A DNA stretch of 32,778 bases, taken from contig CALSCO010000480.1 of NCBI GenBank assembly GCA_943704415.1, positions 1 to 32,778 of the forward strand, given 5' to 3'. The notes beneath the pieces were generated by a model, which was not told where the DNA came from, did not search any database, and saw only the letters and a program-made list of their open reading frames with translations. The position numbers and the translations under genes are program-made. The stretch is from Parvularia atlantis. Its lineage: Eukaryota. Each line of letters opens with the position of its first letter. The first letter of the stretch is position 1. Below are positions 23,247-32,778 of this stretch, one piece after another.

Positions 23247-26200
23247 ATGTCGAAGGACACACCGATGCTGCTGCCGGGCGAGGCGAGCGGGCAGTGGCGG
23301 CCGATCGCGCGGCCGGGGCCGGCGGTGCCGCGGGCCGATGCGTCGCCGCGGGACGACAAGGCCGCGAAGAAGAAGCACAAGAAGAAGCGCAAGCGCGACA
23401 AGGACAAGGGCAAGGGCCGCGGCGAGCCGTCCGACTTGGACCAGCGCGAGGACGACGTGCGCTTCGCCAGCAGCAGCCCGGTTAAGGCCGCGCGTAGGCA
23501 CGAGAAGCAGACGCCACCGCGACAGGACGCCGATGCGCGCGCGCCGCCGGCGCCCGCGCCGGCTCAGCCGTCGGATGAGGAGAAGAAGCGGGCGGCCCTG
23601 CTCAAGCGCTCCAACGCGCTCGCGCTGCTGCGCGAGATGGCCGAGCAGCGGTGCGCCGCCTGTTTGGTGCGCGGCGGGTGCTGCGCCTCACGATCGGCGC
23701 CCCGTGCAGACGCGCGACGGAGGCAGCCGAAGCGCTGGCCGTGGCGCAGAGCGCCGTCAATGCAGTCACATTGCGCACGCCCAGCAAGACGCCGACCGCT
23801 CCCGCGCCGAGCAGGTCGCCCGCAGCCATCAAGACGCCAACGCAACTGATCACCAGTACCATCGCCACGCCCTCACGATCAGCCGCCGCGAGCATCCTGC
23901 GCACGCCGCAGCGCCTGATCACCACGACCGCAGCGGCCAGCGCGACTGTTGCGGCGGCACTCAGGCGCCCCTCGCCCGTCGCCGCCGCGTCCAAGACGTC
24001 CGTCGCCCGCGTCGCGCTCGCGGCCAGGCGCCCGCTGGCACCGGCCATTCAGCAGGCAGCCAAGTCGCGCATCGGCGTGACCATCAGCTCGTCGCTGCTC
24101 ATCCCGCTCGTGCGTGCGCTGCGAGTGTGCGCCGCGGCGTCGCCGCTGTGCTGACGTCGCGTCGCGTGTAGGCCGAGGTCGGCAGCGACGACGATGACGA
24201 CGACCGTGACGATGCCGCAGCGCCAACCGCACCAGCTGCACCAGCCGTGCAAGCCGTGCAGGCCGCGCCTAAGCCGTCGCTGCGGCAGCTGCTCCAGCAG
24301 GCCGAGCAGGCCGAGGCTCAGCGGTGCGGACTTGAGAGCAGCCTCGCCGCCAAGGAGGCCGAGCTGCAGGTACGGCTGGAGCCTCCGTCGCTTGTGGCGT
24401 CCTGACACGCTCTCGTGCGCAGAGCACGCAGAGGAGTCTGGCCAGCGAGCTGACGGAGCTGTCGCGTCTGACATCGCAGCTGAGTGCGTCGTCCAAGGTG
24501 CAACAGGAGCTGAGCGATCGCGTGGCGCAGCTGACGGTGCGCGCTGCTTGCGGCGTTGCGCGTGTCGGCTCACGATCGGCGCGCCAGGCCGAGCTTGCCG
24601 AGGCCACCGCGCTGGCCAACCGCAACCGACAGATCGTGAGCGTGCTGCAGACGACGCACGCGGCGCACCAGGCCCGGGTGTGCCCCTTGGACCGTGCCCT
24701 GCAGCAGCCACGCAGGCTGACGGGCGCACGCAGGTGAGCACGATCGACAAGACGGCCGAGGCGCACGCGACAGCAGTCAAGCAGCTGAAGAAGCAGCTGC
24801 AGTCGCTCCCACCGGCGCCCGTCGTGCCCGCCCTGCCGACTCCGGCCGGAGTGCTGAGCATCACCGGTGCGGTCGCAGTGCCGAGGCGGCGGCCCAACGA
24901 CCTGATCGCGAGAGCGCGCGCGCAGAGACGGTGCAGAGCGTGCTGAGCGCACGCGGCAAGGCCGCCGTGTGCCTGGCGACGCTGCGCGGGGGTGTGATGC
25001 ACGCCGAGGACCTGTGGCGCACGGTCGACGCCATCCGGCAGCGGCTGTGCGTCTCGAATACCCTGCATCTGTGCTCAGTCTGATGCGACAGCTGCGGGCG
25101 CCGCAGCGTGAGCGTGCTGCAGACGCAGGCGATCGCTGCAGCCGCGGACAGTGGCGCGGGCGAGGCGCCTGGTCGGTCATTTAAGCGCGCGTACACGATC
25201 GACACCGATACGCCGCTCTGCCCGTTTGGTGCGCCCGCCTGCGACGCGCGCGGGAGCACCGCTGAGCGCGGACGCGCAGACATCGCCGGCACGTGCAACG
25301 ATCCCTCGTGCGCCTACCAGCACTTCCGCACGATCCTGGGCGTCTCGGCGGCAGCCCGGCGGGCGCGCACGGGTGCTAACACCGCGAGCCTGGCGCACCA
25401 GCTGGTGGCCACCGTCAAGGGCATGGAGCTGCAGGGCGACGTCGAGGCCGTGCCGCAGCTGCTCGGCCGCCGTGCGGGCGCGTTTATCGTGCGCGGTACG
25501 TGCCGCGGTGGGTGACGACGACGCCGTCGCTAAAATCGAGCGAGCAGAACTGCAGATAATGCACGAGACGCCGGAGCGCGCCCCCACGAGCGAGGCCCGC
25601 TACTACGCCAAGCGCCGGCAACGCTCTGCGCCCGAGACGTCGCAGGATGAAGCCTCGTGGCTGGCGCGCGCCTTTGATGTGCGTCTTGCCGGCTGTGCTG
25701 TGTTCAGCTGACGCGCCCTGGCAGGCCCTGCCGCTGTCGTTCAACGCGCAGCCGCTCGCATCATCTAGTGCCACGATCGACGAAGACGCCGCGTCCCGTG
25801 CGCATCCGTCCCAGCACGCGCAACGCTCTCCTGACTGTCTGTGCGCGCGCGTGCGGACACGCAGACCCGGTGAGCGCGAGCCTGGCCATCCTGTCGCGCG
25901 GGCTCGAGGGTGCGCGAGCGCCTCTCGCCAGCACAGCGACCGGTGCTCACGGCGGCGGCGGCAGTGCACAAGCGCAGCGAGAGCCTCTGGTTGACGTACC
26001 TGGACCTGTACCAGTGCGTACGCGGGCCCAACGACGCGGTGCGCTGTGACGCCCATGCGCAAGCGCGCGAGTGCCTGACGGAGCTGCGTGGCCCCAGCGC
26101 GTGCGCCGCTTTTTTGCGCATGCGATTGCAAAGGTTGTGCCGACCAGCCAGCTGCTGTGGTGGCGGTGCGCGCCGTTGCGCCGCGTGTTTTGTCCGCCGC

Positions 26201-28911
26201 GCCGCTGACGCGTTGGCGCCGCCAGCTATGTGCAGTACGAGACGACGCTGCAGCGCCGGCTGAGTGTCCTGGCGCACTTTGGCCTCGCGGTGCTGGCGAC
26301 CACGGCGATTGGTCTCGTCGAGGTGTGCTGTGTGCGCGCCTGGCCTGGCCCGTCTGACGCGTCGCAGATTGGGCTGGCGATGGCGCGCGCGCTGTGCGAT
26401 GCGGGTCTCTTGCGGGCGGCCACGGCGCTGCTCGAGTGCTTCTGCGAGGTGTGTGCGCGCCAAAGTGCGTTGGCAGTGGTGCCCACGCGCGCGTCGCCGG
26501 CAGATAGACGAGACGAGCCTGCGCACGGTGCTCACGGTGCTGCGAGACGTGCTCGCCGCAGCCATGCCGCCGGACCTCCAGATTGCCGTCGTCGATGCCG
26601 CCAACCAGGTGCGCCGACCCAAGGCACCCGCCGCGGCACCCGCCGTTGCACGCTGTGGTGTCCGGCTCGAGACCGCCCTGTCTCTTCAGCGCGTGCACGT
26701 CAGGTGCGCGAGACGCCGTGCACCCGCCTGCGCTGACACTGCGCCAGGGCGTTTGGCATGCTCATGACCGAGGTCTTTGCGGGCGCCCCGTACGAGTACG
26801 CCCTCGACGGCCTAGTGCGCGGCTGTCTCTCCGGGCGTGCAGCGACGACTGACGGCGTGCCGGCGTCGGCAGGGGCTCTGCGCGATTCTCGACTGGACGC
26901 ACGTGGACCGGGACGCCGCGGAGGACGCGAGCAGGTGGCTGCACGCGCTGCTGCAGCGGCTGCTCGAGCACGCGAACGAGGAGCACAGCTACGGGTGCGT
27001 GTCGGCTGCTGCTGTCGGGCACGCTGACATTGGGGCACGCAGCGGCCTCAGCTGCGCCATCGATGCCGTGTGCAACAGCCTGCTGATGCTGGACGTGCAC
27101 TTCTCCAACCGCGTTGGACAGCATCACGAAACCGTGAAGCACGCCATGCACGAGCACTCACGCGGTGGCCTCGGGCTGCGTCGCCGTATCTTCCAGGTGC
27201 GCCGGACCGCATTCGGGCGCCGCGTACGTGTCGCACAAACTGCCAGAGCCGCAGTTGCCGCACGACCCGAGCTTTGACATGCCTCAGCTGAAGCTGAGCT
27301 CACAGCCGTCAACGTCTGTCGCTGCCCGCGCCGTGCGGGCCTCGCTTCTGACACCGGGCCGCGCAGGGACGCGCAGGCAGCGGGGCCAAAGCAGACGCAG
27401 CGCGAGTTTGTCGAGGAAACGGTGGGCCACTTCTGCCAAGAGAGCGTCGAAGCGCTGTCGCTGCGCCAGCCGGCGCCGTACGAAGTGCTGCGGGCGGCGC
27501 GCCAGCTCGAGTGGGAGCTGTGCCGCACCGATGTGCCACCGCCAGAGGTGCTGCCGCGCGTGTGTGAGGCGCTGCGACAGCTGTTGGACATTTGCGCGGT
27601 GCGTGCCCGCTCGCCCTGTGGCCGCACTCACATGCGGCGACGCGGCAGGGCGACGAGCGGCTGGGCACGGTGCAGGTACGCTCAAGTGCCCGGCTGCGTA
27701 CCGAGGGCATGCATGTGTGGCTGCTGCTGCTGCTGTTTGAGCTCGAGTGGTGTGTGCTTTGTCGCGTGTGGCCGCGTTGAATTCTAAGCGACACGCTCGC
27801 AGCGCACCACTGCACGGCAGGGAGCAGGCACGCGAGCGCATCCTCAGCGTGCTGCACGAGGGCGTGCGTGCAATCGGCCCGGGCCCGCTCAAGGACGGCT
27901 GGTGGGCCCTGTGCGCACCTGGGCCGCATGACGCCTCGCGCGCGGATGACACGCGTGCGTGCGCAACACAGGCTGATGCACGCCGAGAGCGCGGTCGAGC
28001 CGGCCGACGCCAGGCCGAGCGAGCGGCACCAGCGGCTGCTGCGGTGCGCGCCGCGCCCTTGCGTTCGAGCCGCCTCCTCACGCACAGGCGCGCGGCGCCC
28101 AGACTGTACAACCGTGCCTGCGCTGACGTCGTGCCGCACTCGCGCACGCACTTTCTGCGCAATCGCACGGTGCAGCTGGCCGAGGCGCAGTCGCCCTGGC
28201 GCATCGAGCGGCTGGCCCTCGTTGCGCTGTCGCTCGTCTCGCCGGGCACGCCCGAGAACGTGGCGGCGCTCTTGTGCGCCGACACGCGCAGCCCCGTGCT
28301 GTTTGCGCTGTGTGTGCTCTGGCCTGCCATGGCACGACGGCTGACTGGTCGCGCGATCGCAGGGCAGTGCAGGGCGGTCGGCCGGGCTCGCTCGATCTGG
28401 ACCTGCTCGAGGGCACGAAGGGTGCGTGCGCGCGCGCGCGTGCATGACGGTGGACACTCGACCGTGCGCACGCGCAGAGCACGCGTCGGCCTGGGTCCTC
28501 GCCGCGGGCGTGCTCGTCGCGGGCGAGCACACACCGGCCGAGCTCGCCGCCGCGAGCCGCGCGCTGCTCCTCGGGCTCGCGTACCGCCCCTCGAGCGCGC
28601 TGCTGTGGAGCAAGGCCCGTGGCGCCGCCGACGCCGCCCTCCCCCCCTCGCAACGTGCTGATCGGGCCCCCTTCGCACGCGCGCGCGTGCCCACAGCTCC
28701 TCCGCCTCGAGCAGATCCTGTCGCACCGCGAGGGCAAGCCGGAGCGGCTGCGCGCGCTGCAGGCGGCGGCGGTCGCGCACACGGGCGACCCTCTGTATGC
28801 GGTGCGCCGCGCATGCGCACCCTGCCTGCCGCGCGCGGGACTCACACGCTGGCGGCGCGCGCGCCCGAGCCGCAGACGATGCCGAACGCGTTCGACGCCT
28901 TTGAGCCGTGA
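23247..28911 (+). CDS. ZFC3H1: ZFC3H1/Red1-like zf-C3H1 protein with coiled coil and C-terminal HAT/TPR-like repeats (PAXT/MTREC-type exosome adaptor), multi-exon
   Basis: Lys-rich NLS-like N-terminus (KKKHKKKRKRDKDK), low-complexity and coiled-coil exons, spliced zinc finger IDTDTPLCPF|DIAGTCNDPSCAYQHFR (25198-25329), then SLAILSRGLE|VHKRSESLWLTYLDLY and further helical repeats. Last exon TMPNAFDAFEP TGA (28909-28911). Start codon and some exon borders are less certain. Confidence 0.78.
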
Positions 28912-28974
28912 TCAAACAAATGTGTACACGCATGTAGAGTTGATTGCTTCCCCGGAGTCAGTTGGAGCCGTGAC

Positions 28975-29702
28975 ATGTCGTCGGTTCGTCGTAGTCGCGC
29001 AGCGTGCGGCCCTGTCTGACGGGGCCGTGCGCACGCGGTAGGAGAAGGACTTCCTGGGCGAGCGCCAGCGCGAGGATCTGCGCGCCGTGTACCGTCAGCT
29101 GGCCGGCGGCAAGGCCTCGGTCGACGTGCGCAGCCTGGCCAACGTGCTCGCGCGGATGGACCTATTCCAGCCGTCGCTGGACGCGCGCGCGCCGCTGCCG
29201 CCGGGCGCGGTGCTGGACACGCGCAGGGAGATCGAGCGGCTGACGCAGGAGGCGCGCGCGTGCCGGTGGGCGGCGTGTGGCGCGCTGGCTGAGACGCTGT
29301 CGCGTGCGCACCCGCGCAGTTTGACGAGAACCGCGATGGGCAGCTGAGCGAAGACGAGTTTGTTGACCTGATGCTGACCAAGCTCAAGACGGTCGAGATG
29401 GGCCAGGCGCTGGACAGCGCGTTCCGGTTCGTGGCGGGCGCCGACGATAAGATCACAACCAAGGAGCTGGGCGAGGCCTTCGCCAAGCTGAGCGGCGGCG
29501 CGGACGTGGACGACCAGGTGATCAAGGACATGATGAAGCTGGCCGATCAGGTGCGGCTGCGTCTGTGTGTGTGTGTGTGTGTGCGGAGCGCTGAGACGGA
29601 CGCTCGCGCGCATCGGCGCAGGACGTGACCAAGAACCTGAGCCGCGACGAGTTCATCGAGATCATGCTCACGCTGAACGAGGGCGTGGGCGAGGGGCGGT
29701 AG
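28975..29702 (+). CDS. Calmodulin/centrin-like EF-hand protein (~176 aa, 4 exons)
   Basis: Exons 28975-28983, 29042-29251, 29320-29550 and 29622-29702 give MSS|EKDFLGERQREDLRAVY..EIERLTQE|FDENRDGQLSEDEFVDLM..AFRFV..KITTKELGEAF..IKDMMKLADQ|DVTKNLSRDEFIEIM TAG. The 9-nt first exon is inferred. Confidence 0.85.
29564..29583 (+). repeat. (TG)10 microsatellite in intron 3 of the EF-hand gene
   Basis: Directly visible. Confidence 0.9.
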
Positions 29703-29879
29703 CGGGCGGTGGTAGCGGGGCGCAGGGCGAAGGACAGTCGGAAGTGTACAGACCCAAGGAACTTAGGCGGCCAACTAAGCTGTTTGTGCGTCTTCTGTCG
29801 AAGGAAGGAGGCGTTGCTCGGGGCTCGTCCGACACACCGCAGCGCGCGAGAGAGAAGGGCGCACGTTGCTCTACCACCC

Positions 29880-31462
29880 ATGGCGTTCCTGTTCAAGACC
29901 AAGTCCAAGTCTCCGCAGGAGCTCGTGAAGCTGGCCAAGGAGACGCTGCAGAAGCTCGACAGCGACCCGAAGAACCAGGCCAAGGTGCGCGGAAGACGCC
30001 GCACGCCCGGCGGCCCACACGCGCGACGCCGCACGCGCAGCACGTTGAGGAGCTGTCCAAGCACCTCGCGGCCGTCAAGCACATCCTCTACGGCGACGGT
30101 GCGCGGACGCGCCCAAAGGACGCCGCGGCCTCACGTGCCCGTCGCGCCCAGCCGAGAACGAGCCCGTGGCCGAGATCGTCGCGCAGCTGGCGCAGGAGGT
30201 GTACAGCAACGACCTGCTGCAGCTGCTTGTGCAGAACATCGGGAAACTGGAGTTTGAGGTGCGCGCGGGGCGCGTGTGCCGCACGACGCCGCCGCTGAGA
30301 CCGCCTGCGCCCTGTCCACGCCCTGTCCGCGCCCTGTCCGCGCGCGCCCCAAGGCCAAGAAGGACGTCGCGCAGATCTTCAACAACCTCCTGCGGCGGCA
30401 GATCGGCACGCGCTCGCCCACGGTCGAGTACCTCAGCTCGCGCGAGCAGGTCCTGTATGACCTGCTGCGGGGGTGCGCGCCGCCGGCGAGCTGGCCCGGC
30501 CGAGTTGATGCTGAGCGCGCCGTCGCAGGTACGAGAACGCCGACGTCGCGCTCAACTGCGGCATGATCCTGCGCGAGTGCATCCGACACGAGTCGCTCGC
30601 CAAGGTGCTGCTGCATTCGCAGAACTTCTACCTCTTCTTCGACTACGTCGACACGAGCACCTTCGACATCGCGTCGGACGCGTTTACGACGTTCAAGGTG
30701 TGACGCGCACGCACCCTGGCGCTCGCCGCCCGCGCGTTTCTGACGCGGCATGCGGCCGGGGCGCAGGATCTGCTAACAAAGCACAAGGCGCTCGTCGCCG
30801 AGTTCCTCGAGGCCAACTATGACAAGGCACGCCGCGCCTGCACCCACGTCCGTGCTCGCACGCACAGCGCTGACCCTACCGCCGCGCACCGCGCAGGTGA
30901 TCGAGAAGTACACGGGGCTGCTCAACTCGAACAACTACGTGACGAAGCGGCAATCACTCAAGGTGCGCCTCCCCCCTGACGCGCCCGCCCGCCCACCACG
31001 CCTGACGCAGGTGCGCGCAGCTGCTCGGCGAACTGCTGCTGGACCGGTCCAACTTCAACATCATGACCGTGTACATCAGCAACGCCGACAACCTCAAGCT
31101 GATGATGAACCTGCTGCGCGACAAGAGCCGCAACATTCAGTTCGAGGCCTTCCACGTGTTCAAGGCACGCGCCGCGTTTGAATGAGTGTCGGCACACGCA
31201 CGCGCTGACTGCGGGTCGTCGCGCCGCCGCGCAGGTCTTCGTCGCCAACCCCAACAAGGCCAAGCCCATCCTCGACATCCTGCTCAAGAACAAGGAGAAG
31301 CTCGTCAGCTTCCTCAGCAACTTCCACAACGACCGCCAGGGTGCGTCGCTGCTGGGCCACGAGCGGGCGCGCGTGCTGACCCCGCCCGCCTGTCGCCACG
31401 CAGACGACGAGCAGTTCAACGACGAGAAGACGTTCCTGCTCAAGCAGATCCAGGACTTGTAA
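29880..31462 (+). CDS. CAB39: MO25/CAB39 (Hym1) scaffold protein, 10 exons
   Basis: Nine introns spliced give [143 protein letters not shown], then TAA 31460-31462. Confidence 0.97.
30308..30340 (+). repeat. 11-bp tandem repeat (CGCCCTGTCCR)x3 in MO25 intron 3
   Basis: cgccctgtcca cgccctgtccg cgccctgtccg; lengthens intron 30259-30353 to 95 nt. Confidence 0.9.
30827..30896 (+). other. GC-AG spliceosomal intron in MO25
   Basis: AAG|GCACGC...CTGAC...GCGCAG|GTG; needed to join NYDK to VIEKY in frame. Confidence 0.88.
31165..31234 (+). other. GC-AG spliceosomal intron in MO25
   Basis: AAG|GCACGC...CTGAC...GCGCAG|GTC; needed to rebuild the highly conserved [14 protein letters not shown] motif. 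Confidence 0.93.
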
Positions 31463-31742
31463 AGACGCGGCGCGAGCACCCGCGGCCCTCCGTTCCCCCG
31501 CATCCTACCCCCCGCCCCCCGTCCTCCTCCCGACAGCGCTGCGACCCGCTGTCCCCTCACTCGGTGTTGTGTGTGCATCCTCATGGGGTGTCTGTTACCC
31601 GCTGGGCGCCCGAGGCGCGGCGCAGACGCAGACACACACACTCGCACACAGAGAGACACGGGAAATGTGGTGGGGGAGAAGGCGGGTGACGCGCAGCAAC
31701 AGGCACGCCCGGCCGGGCAGCGATCGCGCGGGTTCGCGCGCC

Positions 31743-32647
31743 TCAGTCCCAGTCCTTCTTGATGTCGAAGCTCCACTCCCACGCCAGGTGCACATTCTTG
31801 TCGTCGTCGGTGAACTTGCTCTTCACCGAGTAGTGGCCGCGCGTGAGCATGCCCGAGGGCGCCTGCGCGGCGCGGCGTGAGACGCGTGCAAAGGCGCGCA
31901 GTGTGTGCGCACCTGCTCGGCGGGGAACACCTTCGTGTACGGATCCACCTGCGGGCCATAGCTGCCGATCATCTCCTCGGTCTTGTCGACTGCGTGCGCG
32001 TGTGCGTGTGGTGAGCAGGGAGGGCCGGCGTTTTTCGCCCCTTCCCGCGCTCACCCGTGATGCCGGCGCGCTTGACGCCCTGCAGGTACTTGAGGCCCGT
32101 GACGATCTCGTGCTGCACGCGGAACTTGACCTTGAGGCGGTACTCGACGCCCTCCTTGATCGTCACGGGGCTCTTCTTCGTCTGCTCGATCTTGGCTGCG
32201 CGCGCGAAAAAGCGTCGCGTCAGCGCGTGCATGTGCGCGTGCGTGTCGCGAGGCGCACCGGGCGAGTCCAGCTCGAGCACGACGTCTGGCCGGCCCTGAA
32301 CCTCCATCGCCAGCGCGAGCACGACGACGCGGCGCGGGTCGTTTTTGGGCGCGGCGGCTGCGCGTTTGTTCCCCGCGTATCAGCCTCACGAGAGACACGC
32401 GCCCGCGCGCCCGCGCCCGTACCGGGGTCTAGCTCCTTGATCAGGCTGGCCTTCCACTTGTTGAGCGCCTCGTCGTCCGCGTCCTTCTTCTTCATCTCCT
32501 CCAGCGTCGCCTGCTTGGGCGCCTTGTAGCCGCTCTGCGTGACCGCCGCGCTGCCGTCAGGTGCCCGCCCCCACCCCACTCTCCCCACGTGCGCGCTCGC
32601 CGCACCTCCTCCGTCACCGTCAGGTCGTCGTCGTCTGCGGCCGACAT
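31743..32647 (-). CDS. ARHGDI: Rho GDP-dissociation inhibitor (RhoGDI), 6 exons
   Basis: Five GT-AG introns on the minus strand give [134 protein letters not shown]. Confidence 0.97.
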
Positions 32648-32722
32648 GGTGCTCTCTCGCGCGCGCGCGGTGTGGGTGGCGATGGGGGCAGAAGGTCTGG
32701 CCTCGTCGTAAGCCAAACACAC

Positions 32723-32760
32723 GGGCTGGGGCGGGGCGAGCGGGCGAGGGCGGGCGCCTT
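32723..32760. promoter_or_regulatory. GC-box-rich candidate promoter region upstream of RhoGDI
   Basis: Clustered GGGCG/GGGGCGGGG motifs about 80-110 nt upstream of the RhoGDI ATG; weak evidence given the GC-rich background. Confidence 0.25.
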
Positions 32761-32778
32761 CCCCTCCACCCCAGATCG

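Noticed and set aside
1..32778. Hundreds of overlapping Arg/Ala/Pro-rich ORFs on both strands in the ORF track
   Set aside because: Expected from high GC and few stop codons; they are off-frame or antisense shadows of the six spliced genes and show no recognisable domains.
1..32778. CRISPR arrays, transposase/RT genes, tRNA/rRNA, prokaryotic operons
   Set aside because: No repeat-spacer arrays, mobile-element domains or structured RNA genes were recognisable by eye; nearly all sequence is accounted for by exons and short introns. Small ncRNAs cannot be fully excluded without a covariance-model search.

Overview
GC-rich, gene-dense eukaryotic nuclear DNA from an unidentified, probably protist, genome. 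Genes are split by many short spliceosomal introns (mostly about 45-75 nt; donor GTGCGC-like, branch point CTGAC/CTCAC, acceptor GCAG), so most ORFs in the supplied track are spurious or are exon fragments. Manual splicing gives six genes. On the + strand: the last ~21 kb of a giant UBR4/BIG-type E3 ligase (5' end outside the window), a GPR107/108-type 7TM protein, a ZFC3H1/Red1-like zinc-finger plus helical-repeat protein, a divergent calmodulin/centrin-like EF-hand protein, and MO25/CAB39. On the - strand, convergent with MO25: Rho GDI. Most notable: (1) the five co-oriented genes have stop-to-start gaps of only 42, 26, 63 and 177 nt, some with acceptor-like YAG just before the ATG, suggesting polycistronic, trans-spliced or overlapping transcription; (2) an FBXL4 N-terminal-like beta-sandwich domain is inserted in UBR4 just before the putative calmodulin-binding helix; (3) GC-AG introns are frequent; (4) a 5.2 kb stretch of UBR4 has only two introns. 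All homology calls come from recalled family motifs, not database searches.
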